Positions 16,219 to 25,752 of a DNA stretch of 56,957 nucleotides are shown one piece after another. The notes under the pieces were generated by a model. That model was not told the DNA's origin, ran no database searches, and worked only from the letters and a program-made list of their open reading frames with translations. The stretch lies in the IMG/VR virus record IMGVR_UViG_3300010399_000043, positions 1-56,957 of that record; one strand, given 5' to 3'. Position numbers and translations under genes: made by a program. Each line of letters begins with the position of its first letter. Within the stretch, counting starts at the first letter, position 1. This DNA comes from a virus (Duplodnaviria > Caudoviricetes).

Positions 16219-16637
16219 TGCGGTGGCACCTTTTTGCTGCCGCCGTCATCTTGTCGGCGTCACCAGTACTTGCGCACGATCAGCACACCATGCACGACTC
16301 TTGGTATCAGTCCTTGACGCGGCCGGGTGATAGCTCGCGGGGCTGCTGTAACAAGACCGACTGCCACACGACCGAGGCCGAGATCAGGGCCGGTGATTGG
16401 TGGGCGCGGGTCGGCAAGCCGAACGACACTTATGCCGCCGACGACGGTGGGCGGATCCAGGTCGTGAAGCGCTGGGATCTGCTCGGTTGGGTCAAGGTGC
16501 CTGATTCCACCATCCTTCGCGGCAAGAACAACCCGACCGGCGAGGCTGTGATCTGTCACGAGTTGCCGGGGGCGTCCGGGGGATTCTCGGCCGCGACGGC
16601 TGAGGTTTTCTGCTTCGTTCCTCCAAATGAGTATTGA
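16218..16637 (+). CDS. secreted Cys-containing hypothetical protein
   Basis: Signal peptide MRWHLFAAAVILSASPVLA; CCNKTDC...VIC...FCFVPP. Confidence 0.75.
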   Translation: MRWHLFAAAVILSASPVLAHDQHTMHDSWYQSLTRPGDSSRGCCNKTDCHTTEAEIRAGDWWARVGKPNDTYAADDGGRIQVVKRWDLLGWVKVPDSTILRGKNNPTGEAVICHELPGASGGFSAATAEVFCFVPPNEY

Positions 16638-16650
16638 GTCTAGCTGAAAG

Positions 16651-17073
16651 ATGAAGCGTGTTCTACCAAAGCGTGAACGCCGCCCGGATGGCAGTGCCAT
16701 CTGGGAGCCGGGGCATACTAAGCATCGCGGGCGGGAGCCCGGCGTGCCTAACAAGATGACCCGTCTTGTCCGCGACGCGATCGCCGAGGCCGCCGAGCTG
16801 GTCGGCGAGGACGGCAAGGGCGCCGGTGGGCTGGTCGGTTACATGGTCCGTCTCGCCAAGTTCGAGCCGAAGGTGTTCGGCATGCTACTCGGCAAGCTCC
16901 TGCCGCTGCAGATTCAGGCGAAGATCCTCGATCTGACGCCCATCACTCAGGCGATGACAGCGCAGGAGGCGGTTGCCGCCTACCGCGACACCCTGATGGC
17001 ACATCCCTCGGCCCTGCTGCCGCCGATTACTATCGACAACGAGCCCGCCTCGTCAGAGAGCGAGATCAACTGA
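16651..17073 (+). CDS. terminase small subunit (putative)
   Basis: WEPGH...GREPGVPNKMTR...AIAEAA...LLGKLLP motif; upstream of the large subunit. Confidence 0.65.
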   Translation: MKRVLPKRERRPDGSAIWEPGHTKHRGREPGVPNKMTRLVRDAIAEAAELVGEDGKGAGGLVGYMVRLAKFEPKVFGMLLGKLLPLQIQAKILDLTPITQAMTAQEAVAAYRDTLMAHPSALLPPITIDNEPASSESEIN

Positions 17074-17583
17074 TGGCCTGCGGTCGTGTTCACCTCGGTC
17101 CGGTTGTATGCTGCCGTGTGCGGGGATTTGCGTGTGATAGCTGCGGTAAGGCCATGACCGAGCAGCAGGCGGAGCTTTGCTGGCAGATGCACATTCGGAT
17201 CGCCGAGCTTGCCGCGGTGTGCGGCGTTACCCTCAGCTCTGCGAGGACGACAGCGTGAGCGATACGCACCAGCCTGAGGTGCGAGCCATCCCTGTTACTT
17301 GTTACTGCACGACCAAGGCGCGAAGGCGGGACCCGGATGATCTGCGGAGGCAGCGGTCAGGACTTGCGACCCGTCGTCGTGCGGTGCGCTACCAGGGCCT
17401 GTCCGAGATGGACCTCTACGACAGCATGCATCCGCGCAGTCGCGCGGCACTCGAGTCGTGCCCACTAAATTTTGATCTCAAGACCATGCCGGCTGTCGCG
17501 TTGTACTGGGCGACGGCGGCACCCACCCGCTTTCTCGCCTGGCTGGACGCCGAGGTCGAGCACGCCTTGAGCAAGGAATCTTC

Positions 17584-19329
17584 ATGACGGCCCGCGTGCT
17601 GCCCACCCAGGTTGCCTATCCGCTACCTCAGACCATCCGGCCGCCCTACAACTTGACCTGGCCGCCGGACTACGTGTCGGTCCTGGCTTGGCGGCAGCAG
17701 CAGATCCTTCGTCTGCGCTCTGATCCGTCCCTGATCGTGGGCGCGCTGGAGTACTACAAGGACCGCCCGGTCGACTTCATTAATCATTGGTGCACGACCT
17801 ACGACCCTCGACTCGCGATCTCGGGCCGGCCGCCGACGATGCCCTTCATTCTGTACCAGCGGCAGGAGGAGTTCATCGAGTTTGTTGTCGAGGCTTGCCT
17901 GCGCCCGCAGGAGAACGGTCTGTCAGAGAAGACGCGTGAGGTGGGCGCGACCTGGCTGTGTTGCGGCATATCAACCTGGCTGTGGCGTTACTGGCGGGGT
18001 GCTAGTATCGGCTGGGGCTCACGTGAGCAGGACCTGGTTGACAAGATCGGTGATCCTGATGCGATCTTCGAGAAGATGCGGATCATCATCCGCAACTGGC
18101 CGCCCGAGTTTCTGCCGCGGGGGTTCTCGGTGGCGAACGACATGTCGTTCATGCGCATCGTTAATCCGGAGAACGATGCTACGATCACTGGCGATATCGG
18201 TGATAACATCGGTCGTGGAGGGCGCAAGCTGATCTACTTCTTCGACGAGGCAGCGCACGTTACTCATCCCGAGATGGCCGAGGCTGCTCTATCGGAGACG
18301 ACCCGATGTCGCATCGACATCTCGTCGGTTGACAAGCCTGGTAACGTGTTTCATAGGCGGCGTGAGGCGGGGGTCGATTGGTACCCGGGTGCCGACATAC
18401 CGCGTGGTAAGACTCGGGTATTTGTGTTCGACTGGCGCGACCACCCGGAGAAGACCCAGGAGTGGTACGATCTCAAGAAGAAGCGGGCCGAGGAGGAGGG
18501 TCTTACGACCGTTTTCGCCCGTGAGATCGACCGTGACTACTTCGCGACCCAGGAAGGTGTCGTTATCAAACGCGCCTGGGTGCAGGCGGCGATTGACGCG
18601 CATATCAAGCTGGGGTTTGAGGAGACCGGTCGCTGGTGCACAGCGCTCGATGTCGCCGACGCCGAGGAGGGTGACACCAATGCCTGGACCGGACGGCAGG
18701 GTGTCATCCTGCGCGAGGCCGAGGAATGGGGGGCACGCGACCCGGGCGTGACGGCCCGCCGCGCCTTCCAGTTATCAGGTGCCCATCTGCCCTGCGAGCT
18801 GCGTTACGACGTGATCGGCTTGGGTACCAACGTGCGGTCAGAGGGCAACAGGTTGCAGGACGAGGAGGCGATGCCGCGTGGTCTGCGTTTGATCCCTTGG
18901 CACGCGGGAGCCTCGGTCGTGGATCCCAACAAGCCGATCGTGCAGTCGGACGGTCGCGACCCGCGCGAGAAGCTGCCGACCAACGAAGAGTTCTTCGCCA
19001 ACCTCAAGGCGCAGGCCTGGTTCAACGTGGCCCGGCGCTTCGAGAGGACGTGGCGCGCTGTCAACGACCCGAACTTTCGCTGGCAGGTCGAGGATCTGAT
19101 CTCGATCGACTCGCGCATCCCGCTCTTGCGCAAGATCGAGAAGGAGCTGTGCCAGGTGACGATGGGTCAGGGTGCGCGGCTCAAGCAGGTCGTGAACAAG
19201 AAGCCGGACGGCATGCCATCTCCTAACGTAGGAGACAGTGTGATCATGAACTACTTCCCGCTGTCGTTCCCCGGCGCCGTCAAGATCTCGCAGTCGGCGC
19301 TTGCCTGGTCGCGCGGGTTGGGTCGATGA
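17584..19329 (+). CDS. terL: terminase large subunit
   Basis: EKTREVGATW ATPase motif, FFDEAAH Walker B, ALDVAD, YDVIGLG, FANLKAQAW, SPNVGDS nuclease motifs. Confidence 0.92.
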   Translation: MTARVLPTQVAYPLPQTIRPPYNLTWPPDYVSVLAWRQQQILRLRSDPSLIVGALEYYKDRPVDFINHWCTTYDPRLAISGRPPTMPFILYQRQEEFIEFVVEACLRPQENGLSEKTREVGATWLCCGISTWLWRYWRGASIGWGSREQDLVDKIGDPDAIFEKMRIIIRNWPPEFLPRGFSVANDMSFMRIVNPENDATITGDIGDNIGRGGRKLIYFFDEAAHVTHPEMAEAALSETTRCRIDISSVDKPGNVFHRRREAGVDWYPGADIPRGKTRVFVFDWRDHPEKTQEWYDLKKKRAEEEGLTTVFAREIDRDYFATQEGVVIKRAWVQAAIDAHIKLGFEETGRWCTALDVADAEEGDTNAWTGRQGVILREAEEWGARDPGVTARRAFQLSGAHLPCELRYDVIGLGTNVRSEGNRLQDEEAMPRGLRLIPWHAGASVVDPNKPIVQSDGRDPREKLPTNEEFFANLKAQAWFNVARRFERTWRAVNDPNFRWQVEDLISIDSRIPLLRKIEKELCQVTMGQGARLKQVVNKKPDGMPSPNVGDSVIMNYFPLSFPGAVKISQSALAWSRGLGR

Positions 19330-19622
19330 GCCAACCGACTCATTGCTGCTCGGTGAAGGTCAGTCTGATCTCGGCTGACTATCTTGCGCTGCAGCGGTAC
19401 GCTGCTGCCGCCGGCGGCACCGTGTCGGACTGGGCGCGCGGCTGTATAGTCGACGCGTTGGCCGACGAGCGCGAGAAGCGGGTGCATCAGATCGCTGGGT
19501 CGGCAGGGGGTGCGGGCGCCACCCCCCTACAGGCCAGGCCCAAAAAACCGCCTCAGCAGCCCCCACAGCCGCGCTTTACGGCGTTCCAGCGCCTGTCGCG
19601 CGGACACCCGGAAACGGATTGA
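19326..19622 (+). CDS. hypothetical (RHH-like) protein
   Basis: ORF coupled to terL and portal; VKVSL...ALQRYAAAAGGTVSDWAR. Confidence 0.55.
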   Translation: MSQPTHCCSVKVSLISADYLALQRYAAAAGGTVSDWARGCIVDALADEREKRVHQIAGSAGGAGATPLQARPKKPPQQPPQPRFTAFQRLSRGHPETD

Positions 19623-22600
19623 TGGCATCAGCGAAGAAGTCAGGACCGCGCAAGCGGTCCCTGTCGCGCGTCCGTCCGCGTGGTCGCATACCTATGTCTG
19701 CCCGCATGTGGGCGGCGCAGAGGCGGCCGTCCGACGTGCTGCCCAATCCGTTCACCTTCCCGGAACATCCTTCGGAGGTGACCCCGTCAAGCGGCGGTCT
19801 GGCGCAGGACACCGAGCTTTCGGAGGTGCAGAGCTGGGCCGCCGGTTCGCTTGTCGCGACCGCGATGACCTCCTCGTTCGCGGAGGGGCTCACCTTCCTC
19901 GGATATGCGTACCTGTCGTTGCTGGCGCAACGCCCGGAGTACCGCCGCCTGTCCGAGGTGCTGGCGCTGGAGATGACACGCAAGTGGATCAGGCTCACCA
20001 CCGACGGGGAGCAGGACCCGCGTACCGCGGCGAAGATCAAGCAGCTCGGCGACGAGCTCGAGCGGCTTAAGGTGCAGGACGCTTTTCGCCGGCACGCTGA
20101 GTTCGACGGCTACATGGGTCGATCGCACTTGTACCTGGATACCGGCGACACCGACAATCCGGAAGAGCTGAAGACGAATCTGGGCACCGGGTCCGACGAC
20201 GCCTCGATCAACAAGATGAAGCGCGGCAAGCTGCGCCGGATCAAGGTGATCGAGGCTGTCTGGGTCTACCCGACCCAGTACAACAGCAACAACCCGCTGC
20301 GCGACGACTGGTACGTTCCGACCCGCTGGATCGTCATGGGCACCGAGGTCCACGCCTCGCGTCTGCTGACCCTGATCTCGCGGCCCGTCCCTGACATGCT
20401 CAAACCCGCCTACTCGTTCGGCGGGCTGTCCATGTCGCAGATGGCGAAGCCCTACGTTGACAACTGGCTTCGCATCCGGCAGGCGGTCGCCGAGACGATC
20501 GTTGGGTTCTCCACCTCCGGTGTCAAGACGAACCTGTCCACCCTGATGCAACCGGACGGGGACGACCTTCAGATCAGGGCCGAGTTTTTTGCTAACTGCC
20601 GAAACAACAAGGGGCTGATGCTCCTTGATATGGATACCGAGGACTTCTTTTCTAACGCGATCCCGCTTGGCACCTTGGACGCACTGCAGGCGCAGTCGCA
20701 GGAGCACATGGCGGCGGTCTCCGGTATCCCGATCGTCAAGCTGCTCGGTATCCAGCCGGCGGGTCTCAACGCTTCCAGCGAAGGCGAGATCAGGACCTTC
20801 TACGACACCATCCACGCGATGCAGCGCAACTTGTTCGATACCCCGCTTCGTACAGTGTTGGACTTCGCGCAGCTCTCCCTGTGGGGCGAGATCGACCCGA
20901 CGATCAAGCACGTCTGGGTCCCGCTCTACTCGCTGGACGAGCTGCAGGCGGCGACCAAGCGCAAGACCGACGCCGAGACGGACGTTGCTTTGATTGGCGC
21001 TGGTGTTATCACAAACGCCGAAGCGCGCAGGAAGCTCGCCGCCGATCCTGACACGCCCTATGCATCCCTCGATGAGGATGAGGTGCCTCTCAACGCCGAG
21101 GAGGTGCCGGAGGCGCCGGCCGAAGGTGAGGGCGATCCGACAGGTGGTCCCGACGATGATGAAGCCCCGGCGCTCTCCGAACTTGGTGAGGAACCCGATC
21201 CGCGCGAGGCGCGCAGAGACGGGCCTCGTCCGCGGGATCGCGGTGGTGATGGTGGGGGTCGGCAGGACCGACGCGCAGGCCGCGGCAGATCGCGCGGACG
21301 CGGCACGGAGGATGGGGACCGCGGCCCTTTTGACGGTGCGCGCGACAGCGCGGAGTTCAAGGAGTCTGATCACCCGCGCGACGACAGTGGTAAATTTTCC
21401 CACGTCGGTGGAAACGTTGTCAGGATGCACCCTGATGATTACCTGCAGTTGGCTGTTCCTTTCGGCCATCACGGTGGCCCTGTTGCGGATCCAGATAAGG
21501 TGGACAATCTGGCGGGTATCGGGCAAGCGGGCTGGACTAGTAAACCTATGCTCTCGGCAAAGGAGGGGCCTGGCGGTAAGCTTCAGGTGGGTTTGCATGA
21601 TGGTCGCCACCGGGCTTTGGCTGCAAAGAAGAATAAGGAGATGCTGGACGTTGCTATTGTTCGGGGTAAGAAGCTTGCGCGCGAAAACCCTGATTTGACC
21701 GATGAGCAGATTGCCAAGCGCGTTGCGAAAGAGGGTTTGCTGCCCGAGCTCCACGGTATGGATTCGGACTTCAAGGAGTCGGATCACCCGCGTGCGCCGG
21801 ACGGCAAGTTCGGGTCAGGTGGCGGCAGCAAGGCGAAGAGCCTGACACCACCTCAGCTGCGCTCAGAAAAGTCGACCCTTGACCGGTTGGCTAAGTACGC
21901 GCGTGGTCAGGACGTCACCTTGAATCTGGTGCAGCACCCGGACCACATCGAGCTTCGTGGCATCTTCGCCAAGAATCCCGGGAGCGGTGACGGTGCCACC
22001 ATCTTGAAGCAGTTGAACACGGTCGCGGATCAGACAGGGCGGGAGGTTCGCCTGATCGCAGCCTACCAGGGTCCTGAGACAGAGAAGGTGGAGCTCGACC
22101 CCAGTCCTGCGAACGAGGCGGCTTTTCGCAAGCAGCAGGACCGGCTGGTGGAGTTCTACAAACGGCACGGCTACGAGCCCAAAGGGGATCTGGACGAGGA
22201 AGATCTGGAGATCCCGATGGTCCGCAAGCCTCATGCTGGTGCGCAGGACTCGGACTTCAAGGAGTCGGAACACCCGCGCGACGACGATGGCAAGTTCAGC
22301 TCGTCAGGCGGCGGAGGTGGCGTGAAGGCCGCCGGTACGCAGACAGCGCACCAGGCAACCAAGGTCGAGGGTGGTAGGCGTGTCTCGGCAACCGGCGGCC
22401 CCCTTCCCCCGCACATCGCGGCCCTGCGGATCCCGCCGGCCTGGACCGATGTGACCTACAACCCCGATCCGAAGGCGAACCTGCTGGTGACCGGTAAGGA
22501 TGCCAAGGGTCGCCGGCAGGCCGTGTACTCGCTAGCGCACTCGGAGAAGCAGGCGGCCGCCAAGTTTGCGCGGATCGAGGAGTTGAACCGCAAGTTTGAC

Positions 22601-23179
22601 GGCGTCGTCGCCGAGAATGAGAAGGCGCGGCAGTCGAAGGACGCGAAGGTGCGGGCCGCCGCCGACTGCACTATGTTGATCATGCAGACAGGCATCAGGC
22701 CCGGCAGCGAGGACGACACCGGTGCCGAGAAGCGCGCCTACGGCGCGACGACGCTGGAAGGCCGCCACGTGGACGTCGCCCCCGACGGTTCAGTCACCCT
22801 GCGGTTCACCGGCAAGAAGGGCGTAGACCTCGCGATCCCGGTCGAGGACGCAGCTGTCAAGAAGATGCTGATCGCGCGCAAGAAGAAGGCTGGTGCCAGC
22901 GGGCAGTTGTTCCCGATCAGCGAGAAGAACCTGCTAGATCATGTCCACTCGTTCGACGGCGGCGGGTTCAAGACGAAGGACTTCCGCACCCTGCTGGGCA
23001 CGAAAGAGGCGATGCGGGCTGTCGCTGAGCGCAAGGCGCCTACCAGCGAAAAGGAGTACAAGAAGGCGGTCACCGAGGTGGCGCGCGAGGTCTCCCGCAA
23101 GCTGGGTAACACTCCTGTCGTGGCCCTGCAGTCCTACATCAACCCGTCCGTGTTTGCTGAGTGGAGGTCCGGTCTGTGA
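19619..23179 (+). CDS. portal protein (DUF1073) fused to ParB-like, GNAT and DNA topoisomerase IB modules
   Basis: N-terminal FLGYAYLSLLAQRPEYR, VHASRLL, GIPIVKLLGIQPAGLNASSEGE; C-terminal HDGRHRALAA, LVEFYKRHGY, IPPAW/IRPG/FTGKKG/KDFRT/LGNT/SYINP. Confidence 0.9.
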   Translation: MMASAKKSGPRKRSLSRVRPRGRIPMSARMWAAQRRPSDVLPNPFTFPEHPSEVTPSSGGLAQDTELSEVQSWAAGSLVATAMTSSFAEGLTFLGYAYLSLLAQRPEYRRLSEVLALEMTRKWIRLTTDGEQDPRTAAKIKQLGDELERLKVQDAFRRHAEFDGYMGRSHLYLDTGDTDNPEELKTNLGTGSDDASINKMKRGKLRRIKVIEAVWVYPTQYNSNNPLRDDWYVPTRWIVMGTEVHASRLLTLISRPVPDMLKPAYSFGGLSMSQMAKPYVDNWLRIRQAVAETIVGFSTSGVKTNLSTLMQPDGDDLQIRAEFFANCRNNKGLMLLDMDTEDFFSNAIPLGTLDALQAQSQEHMAAVSGIPIVKLLGIQPAGLNASSEGEIRTFYDTIHAMQRNLFDTPLRTVLDFAQLSLWGEIDPTIKHVWVPLYSLDELQAATKRKTDAETDVALIGAGVITNAEARRKLAADPDTPYASLDEDEVPLNAEEVPEAPAEGEGDPTGGPDDDEAPALSELGEEPDPREARRDGPRPRDRGGDGGGRQDRRAGRGRSRGRGTEDGDRGPFDGARDSAEFKESDHPRDDSGKFSHVGGNVVRMHPDDYLQLAVPFGHHGGPVADPDKVDNLAGIGQAGWTSKPMLSAKEGPGGKLQVGLHDGRHRALAAKKNKEMLDVAIVRGKKLARENPDLTDEQIAKRVAKEGLLPELHGMDSDFKESDHPRAPDGKFGSGGGSKAKSLTPPQLRSEKSTLDRLAKYARGQDVTLNLVQHPDHIELRGIFAKNPGSGDGATILKQLNTVADQTGREVRLIAAYQGPETEKVELDPSPANEAAFRKQQDRLVEFYKRHGYEPKGDLDEEDLEIPMVRKPHAGAQDSDFKESEHPRDDDGKFSSSGGGGGVKAAGTQTAHQATKVEGGRRVSATGGPLPPHIAALRIPPAWTDVTYNPDPKANLLVTGKDAKGRRQAVYSLAHSEKQAAAKFARIEELNRKFDGVVAENEKARQSKDAKVRAAADCTMLIMQTGIRPGSEDDTGAEKRAYGATTLEGRHVDVAPDGSVTLRFTGKKGVDLAIPVEDAAVKKMLIARKKKAGASGQLFPISEKNLLDHVHSFDGGGFKTKDFRTLLGTKEAMRAVAERKAPTSEKEYKKAVTEVAREVSRKLGNTPVVALQSYINPSVFAEWRSGL

Positions 23180-23532
23180 GCGACGATCTGGTGCAGGTGC
23201 GCTTCCGCAAGGCCGACACCACGATCCTGCCGAACTGGCGGGGCAGCGACGTGGGTGCCGACGACGATGCGCAGCTTGGTGAGAGCCCGGCGGATGTTGT
23301 TGCCATGCTGGGTTTTGACCCAGCAGATGCAGACGCGGATCAGGACGACAAGCAGTCGCAGGAGCAGGTCGGGTATGTGGGGCCAGGACGAGACAGGCCC
23401 CGCGGTCAGCGCTGCGAGAAGTGCACGATGTTCGTGCGCGCTGCCGAGGACGCCTCCGATCCGGGCACATGCACGGCCGTGCAGGACAAGATCGACCCCG
23501 CGGGCTGGTGCGAGATCTTCGAGGCGAAGTGA
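23176..23532 (+). CDS. protein with C-terminal HiPIP-like 4-Cys domain
   Basis: QRCEKCTMF...GTCTAV...IDPAGWCEIF; GTG start overlaps the portal stop. Confidence 0.65.
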   Translation: MSDDLVQVRFRKADTTILPNWRGSDVGADDDAQLGESPADVVAMLGFDPADADADQDDKQSQEQVGYVGPGRDRPRGQRCEKCTMFVRAAEDASDPGTCTAVQDKIDPAGWCEIFEAK

Positions 23533-23987
23533 TGGACAAGAAGGAAGACATCTCCTACCAGCGCTTGGGTGAGGCGCTGTTCCAGCGGTTCCGACAGCTC
23601 AGCACGCAGCGGATGGGTGCCGCGGAACTTTGGGAACAGCTCGCCGCTCACGCGGTGGAGCAGATCGACGCGCGTCGGGCTACGCTCGCTGCAGGCACCA
23701 TTCCTCCCGGTGCCCGCCCGGTTGGTCTGCCGGGCTCAACCAGTTCGCTGGTCGGCAAGACGATGGTTCTAACCGCGGATGTCAAGCTGAGTCACAGCGG
23801 TCTAACTTTGCCTAAGGGTACTAAGGTTACCGTCACCCGTTTGTTGAACCACAATTTTGTCGCGTTTGCCGCGGTAGACTTCGGCGGTGAGGAGGTTTGC
23901 ATTAAGGTCACCAATCTTGTCGAGGACGACAAGAACGACGATTACGGTGAGGACCCGCTCGGTCTGTCGCCCGGAGATCCTCGGTGA
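23532..23987 (+). CDS. hypothetical protein
   Basis: TGATG-coupled ORF. Confidence 0.6.
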   Translation: MDKKEDISYQRLGEALFQRFRQLSTQRMGAAELWEQLAAHAVEQIDARRATLAAGTIPPGARPVGLPGSTSSLVGKTMVLTADVKLSHSGLTLPKGTKVTVTRLLNHNFVAFAAVDFGGEEVCIKVTNLVEDDKNDDYGEDPLGLSPGDPR

Positions 23988-24481
23988 TTATCCGTACGGC
24001 CGACATCTCGGACTGCGGGCGGTATCGCTACACGCTGACCCGCCGGTGGTCGATCGGATCACTCATGACGTTTATCATGCTGAACCCCTCGACAGCCGAC
24101 GCTGCGGAGGACGACGCGACGATCCGTCGCTGCATCGGCTTCGCCCGGCGCGAGGGCGCTGCCGGCCTGCTTGTCGTCAATCTGTTCGGGCTGCGCGCTA
24201 CCAACCCCAAGGCCTTGCTGTGCGCCACCGATCCCTTCGGGCCTGGTAACGATAAGGCGCTGCGCTACGCCGCACGTCAGCGGCAGGCGTATCCTACTGT
24301 CTGCGCGTGGGGCACCCGCGGTGAGCTCCTGGATGCGGACGCACGCGCTCTCGCGATCCTGCGCGACGAGTGTGCAGCACTGGTGTGCCTGGGCAGGACA
24401 GAGCGGGGTCACCCGCGCCATCCTCTCTACGTTCGGGCTAATCAGCAGTTCGAGTCATTGGATCATGCTCGCGCGGCCTGA
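23984..24481 (+). CDS. DUF1643 family protein
   Basis: SDCGRYRYTL.R.W...FIMLNPSTAD...DDATIRRC...VNLF..RATNP...HPRHPLY. Confidence 0.88.
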   Translation: MIIRTADISDCGRYRYTLTRRWSIGSLMTFIMLNPSTADAAEDDATIRRCIGFARREGAAGLLVVNLFGLRATNPKALLCATDPFGPGNDKALRYAARQRQAYPTVCAWGTRGELLDADARALAILRDECAALVCLGRTERGHPRHPLYVRANQQFESLDHARAA

Positions 24482-25253
24482 GGTTATCTGTCGGCCGCAG
24501 CACGCCAGCGCCGCGCTAGAGGCCTGGTACCGCAAGAAGCTCAAGTGTCTGATCCGCGAGATGCATTGCAGCGTGATCTGGTGGCTGCGAGCCGCCTACC
24601 GGGCCGATACCCCTGTACTCGCGCAGGACGCCTCGCCGGCGCACGCGCTGTCGGCCGCGATCAGGAAGCTGGTGCGGCGATGGCAGAAGCGCTTCAACGC
24701 CGCGGCCCCGCAGCTGGCGCGCTACTTCGCGACGGATATCATGCAGCGGTCCGACAAGCATCTGCACAAGATCTTGAAGGACTCGGGGTTTACAGTCGAG
24801 TTTAAGATGACCCCCGCGATGCGGGACGTGTTCGCGGCGACCGTGCGGGAGAACGTGTCCCTGATCAGGTCGATCCCGCAGCAGCACTTCGCCAAGATCG
24901 AGGGCCTGGTCATGCGATCCGTGCAGACGGGCCGCGATCTGCAGCAGTTGACGAAAGATCTGCAGAAGAACTTCGCTGTGACCCGGCGCCGCGCGGAGCT
25001 GATCGCGCGCGACCAGAACAACAAGGCGACCGGTGCCCTGCAGCGCGCGCGCCAGATCGGCCTCGGTATGGCGGAGGCGATCTGGATCCACTCCGGTGGC
25101 GGCCGACACCCGCGCCCGGCGCATGTGCGGATGTCGGGCAAGCGGTACAAACTTTCGCAGGGTATGTGGGACAGCACAGAGAAGCGATATGTGTTCCCGG
25201 GCGAGCTGATCGAGTGCAAATGCACCAGCCGCCCCGTCATACCCGGGATGTGA
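24465..25253 (+). CDS. head morphogenesis protein (MuF / SPP1 gp7 family)
   Basis: ENVSLIRSIP, RRAELIARDQ, WIHS...RPAH, PGELIECKC. Confidence 0.88.
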   Translation: MLARPEVICRPQHASAALEAWYRKKLKCLIREMHCSVIWWLRAAYRADTPVLAQDASPAHALSAAIRKLVRRWQKRFNAAAPQLARYFATDIMQRSDKHLHKILKDSGFTVEFKMTPAMRDVFAATVRENVSLIRSIPQQHFAKIEGLVMRSVQTGRDLQQLTKDLQKNFAVTRRRAELIARDQNNKATGALQRARQIGLGMAEAIWIHSGGGRHPRPAHVRMSGKRYKLSQGMWDSTEKRYVFPGELIECKCTSRPVIPGM

Positions 25254-25476
25254 TCATGATGCAGGACGACCCATCAGTCCGTCGAAAGATGTCATCCGGC
25301 AAGACTGTATCTCTGGTCGAACTGGAGACCCTTCTCAAGGCCCCAGACGGTTATTACCGGACGGTCGATCGTGGTGCTGACGGGCTGCACTCCGAGGAGC
25401 CACCTTGGTACAGTCGCTGGACCTGGGGTTTCTTCTGGCGTTTGCTGGCGACACGCTGGTTCAGGACGTGATCGAT

Positions 25477-25752
25477 ATGGATCAGATGGCTGCTATGAAC
25501 GAGACCGTCGCTCTGTACGAGCGCCGCCGCGCTGAGCGGTGGTCAGACGAGAACCCAGCGGCGACTGATCAGGAACCGGGTGACCCGTGTGGTGCCGTTC
25601 ATCTGCGCGAGATGCGCATGCAGATGGCGGTGGGCGGGATGTCCCCGGCGAAGATGGGCCGCTGGCTGGGCTGGGCCCAGTGCTCGGTCCTCGCGCGAGG
25701 GTACGCGACTCTGGACGAGATGAAGGAGATCAACCGGAGGCATGCGGGGTGA
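25477..25752 (+). CDS. hypothetical protein
   Basis: HLREM...KMGRWLGWAQ motif; operon context. Confidence 0.65.
   Translation: MDQMAAMNETVALYERRRAERWSDENPAATDQEPGDPCGAVHLREMRMQMAVGGMSPAKMGRWLGWAQCSVLARGYATLDEMKEINRRHAG

Noticed and set aside
19787-21787. 666-aa minus-strand ORF (and similar ones at 39003-40247, 52951-54366, 54936-56291)
   Set aside because: Antisense shadows of well-supported plus-strand genes, expected with high GC3 codon bias
22320-23179. Tyrosine integrase (prophage integration)
   Set aside because: Motifs (IPPAW, GKDAKGRRQ.VY, KDFRT, LGNT, SYI) match bacterial-type topoisomerase IB; no att site or integrase is seen in the window
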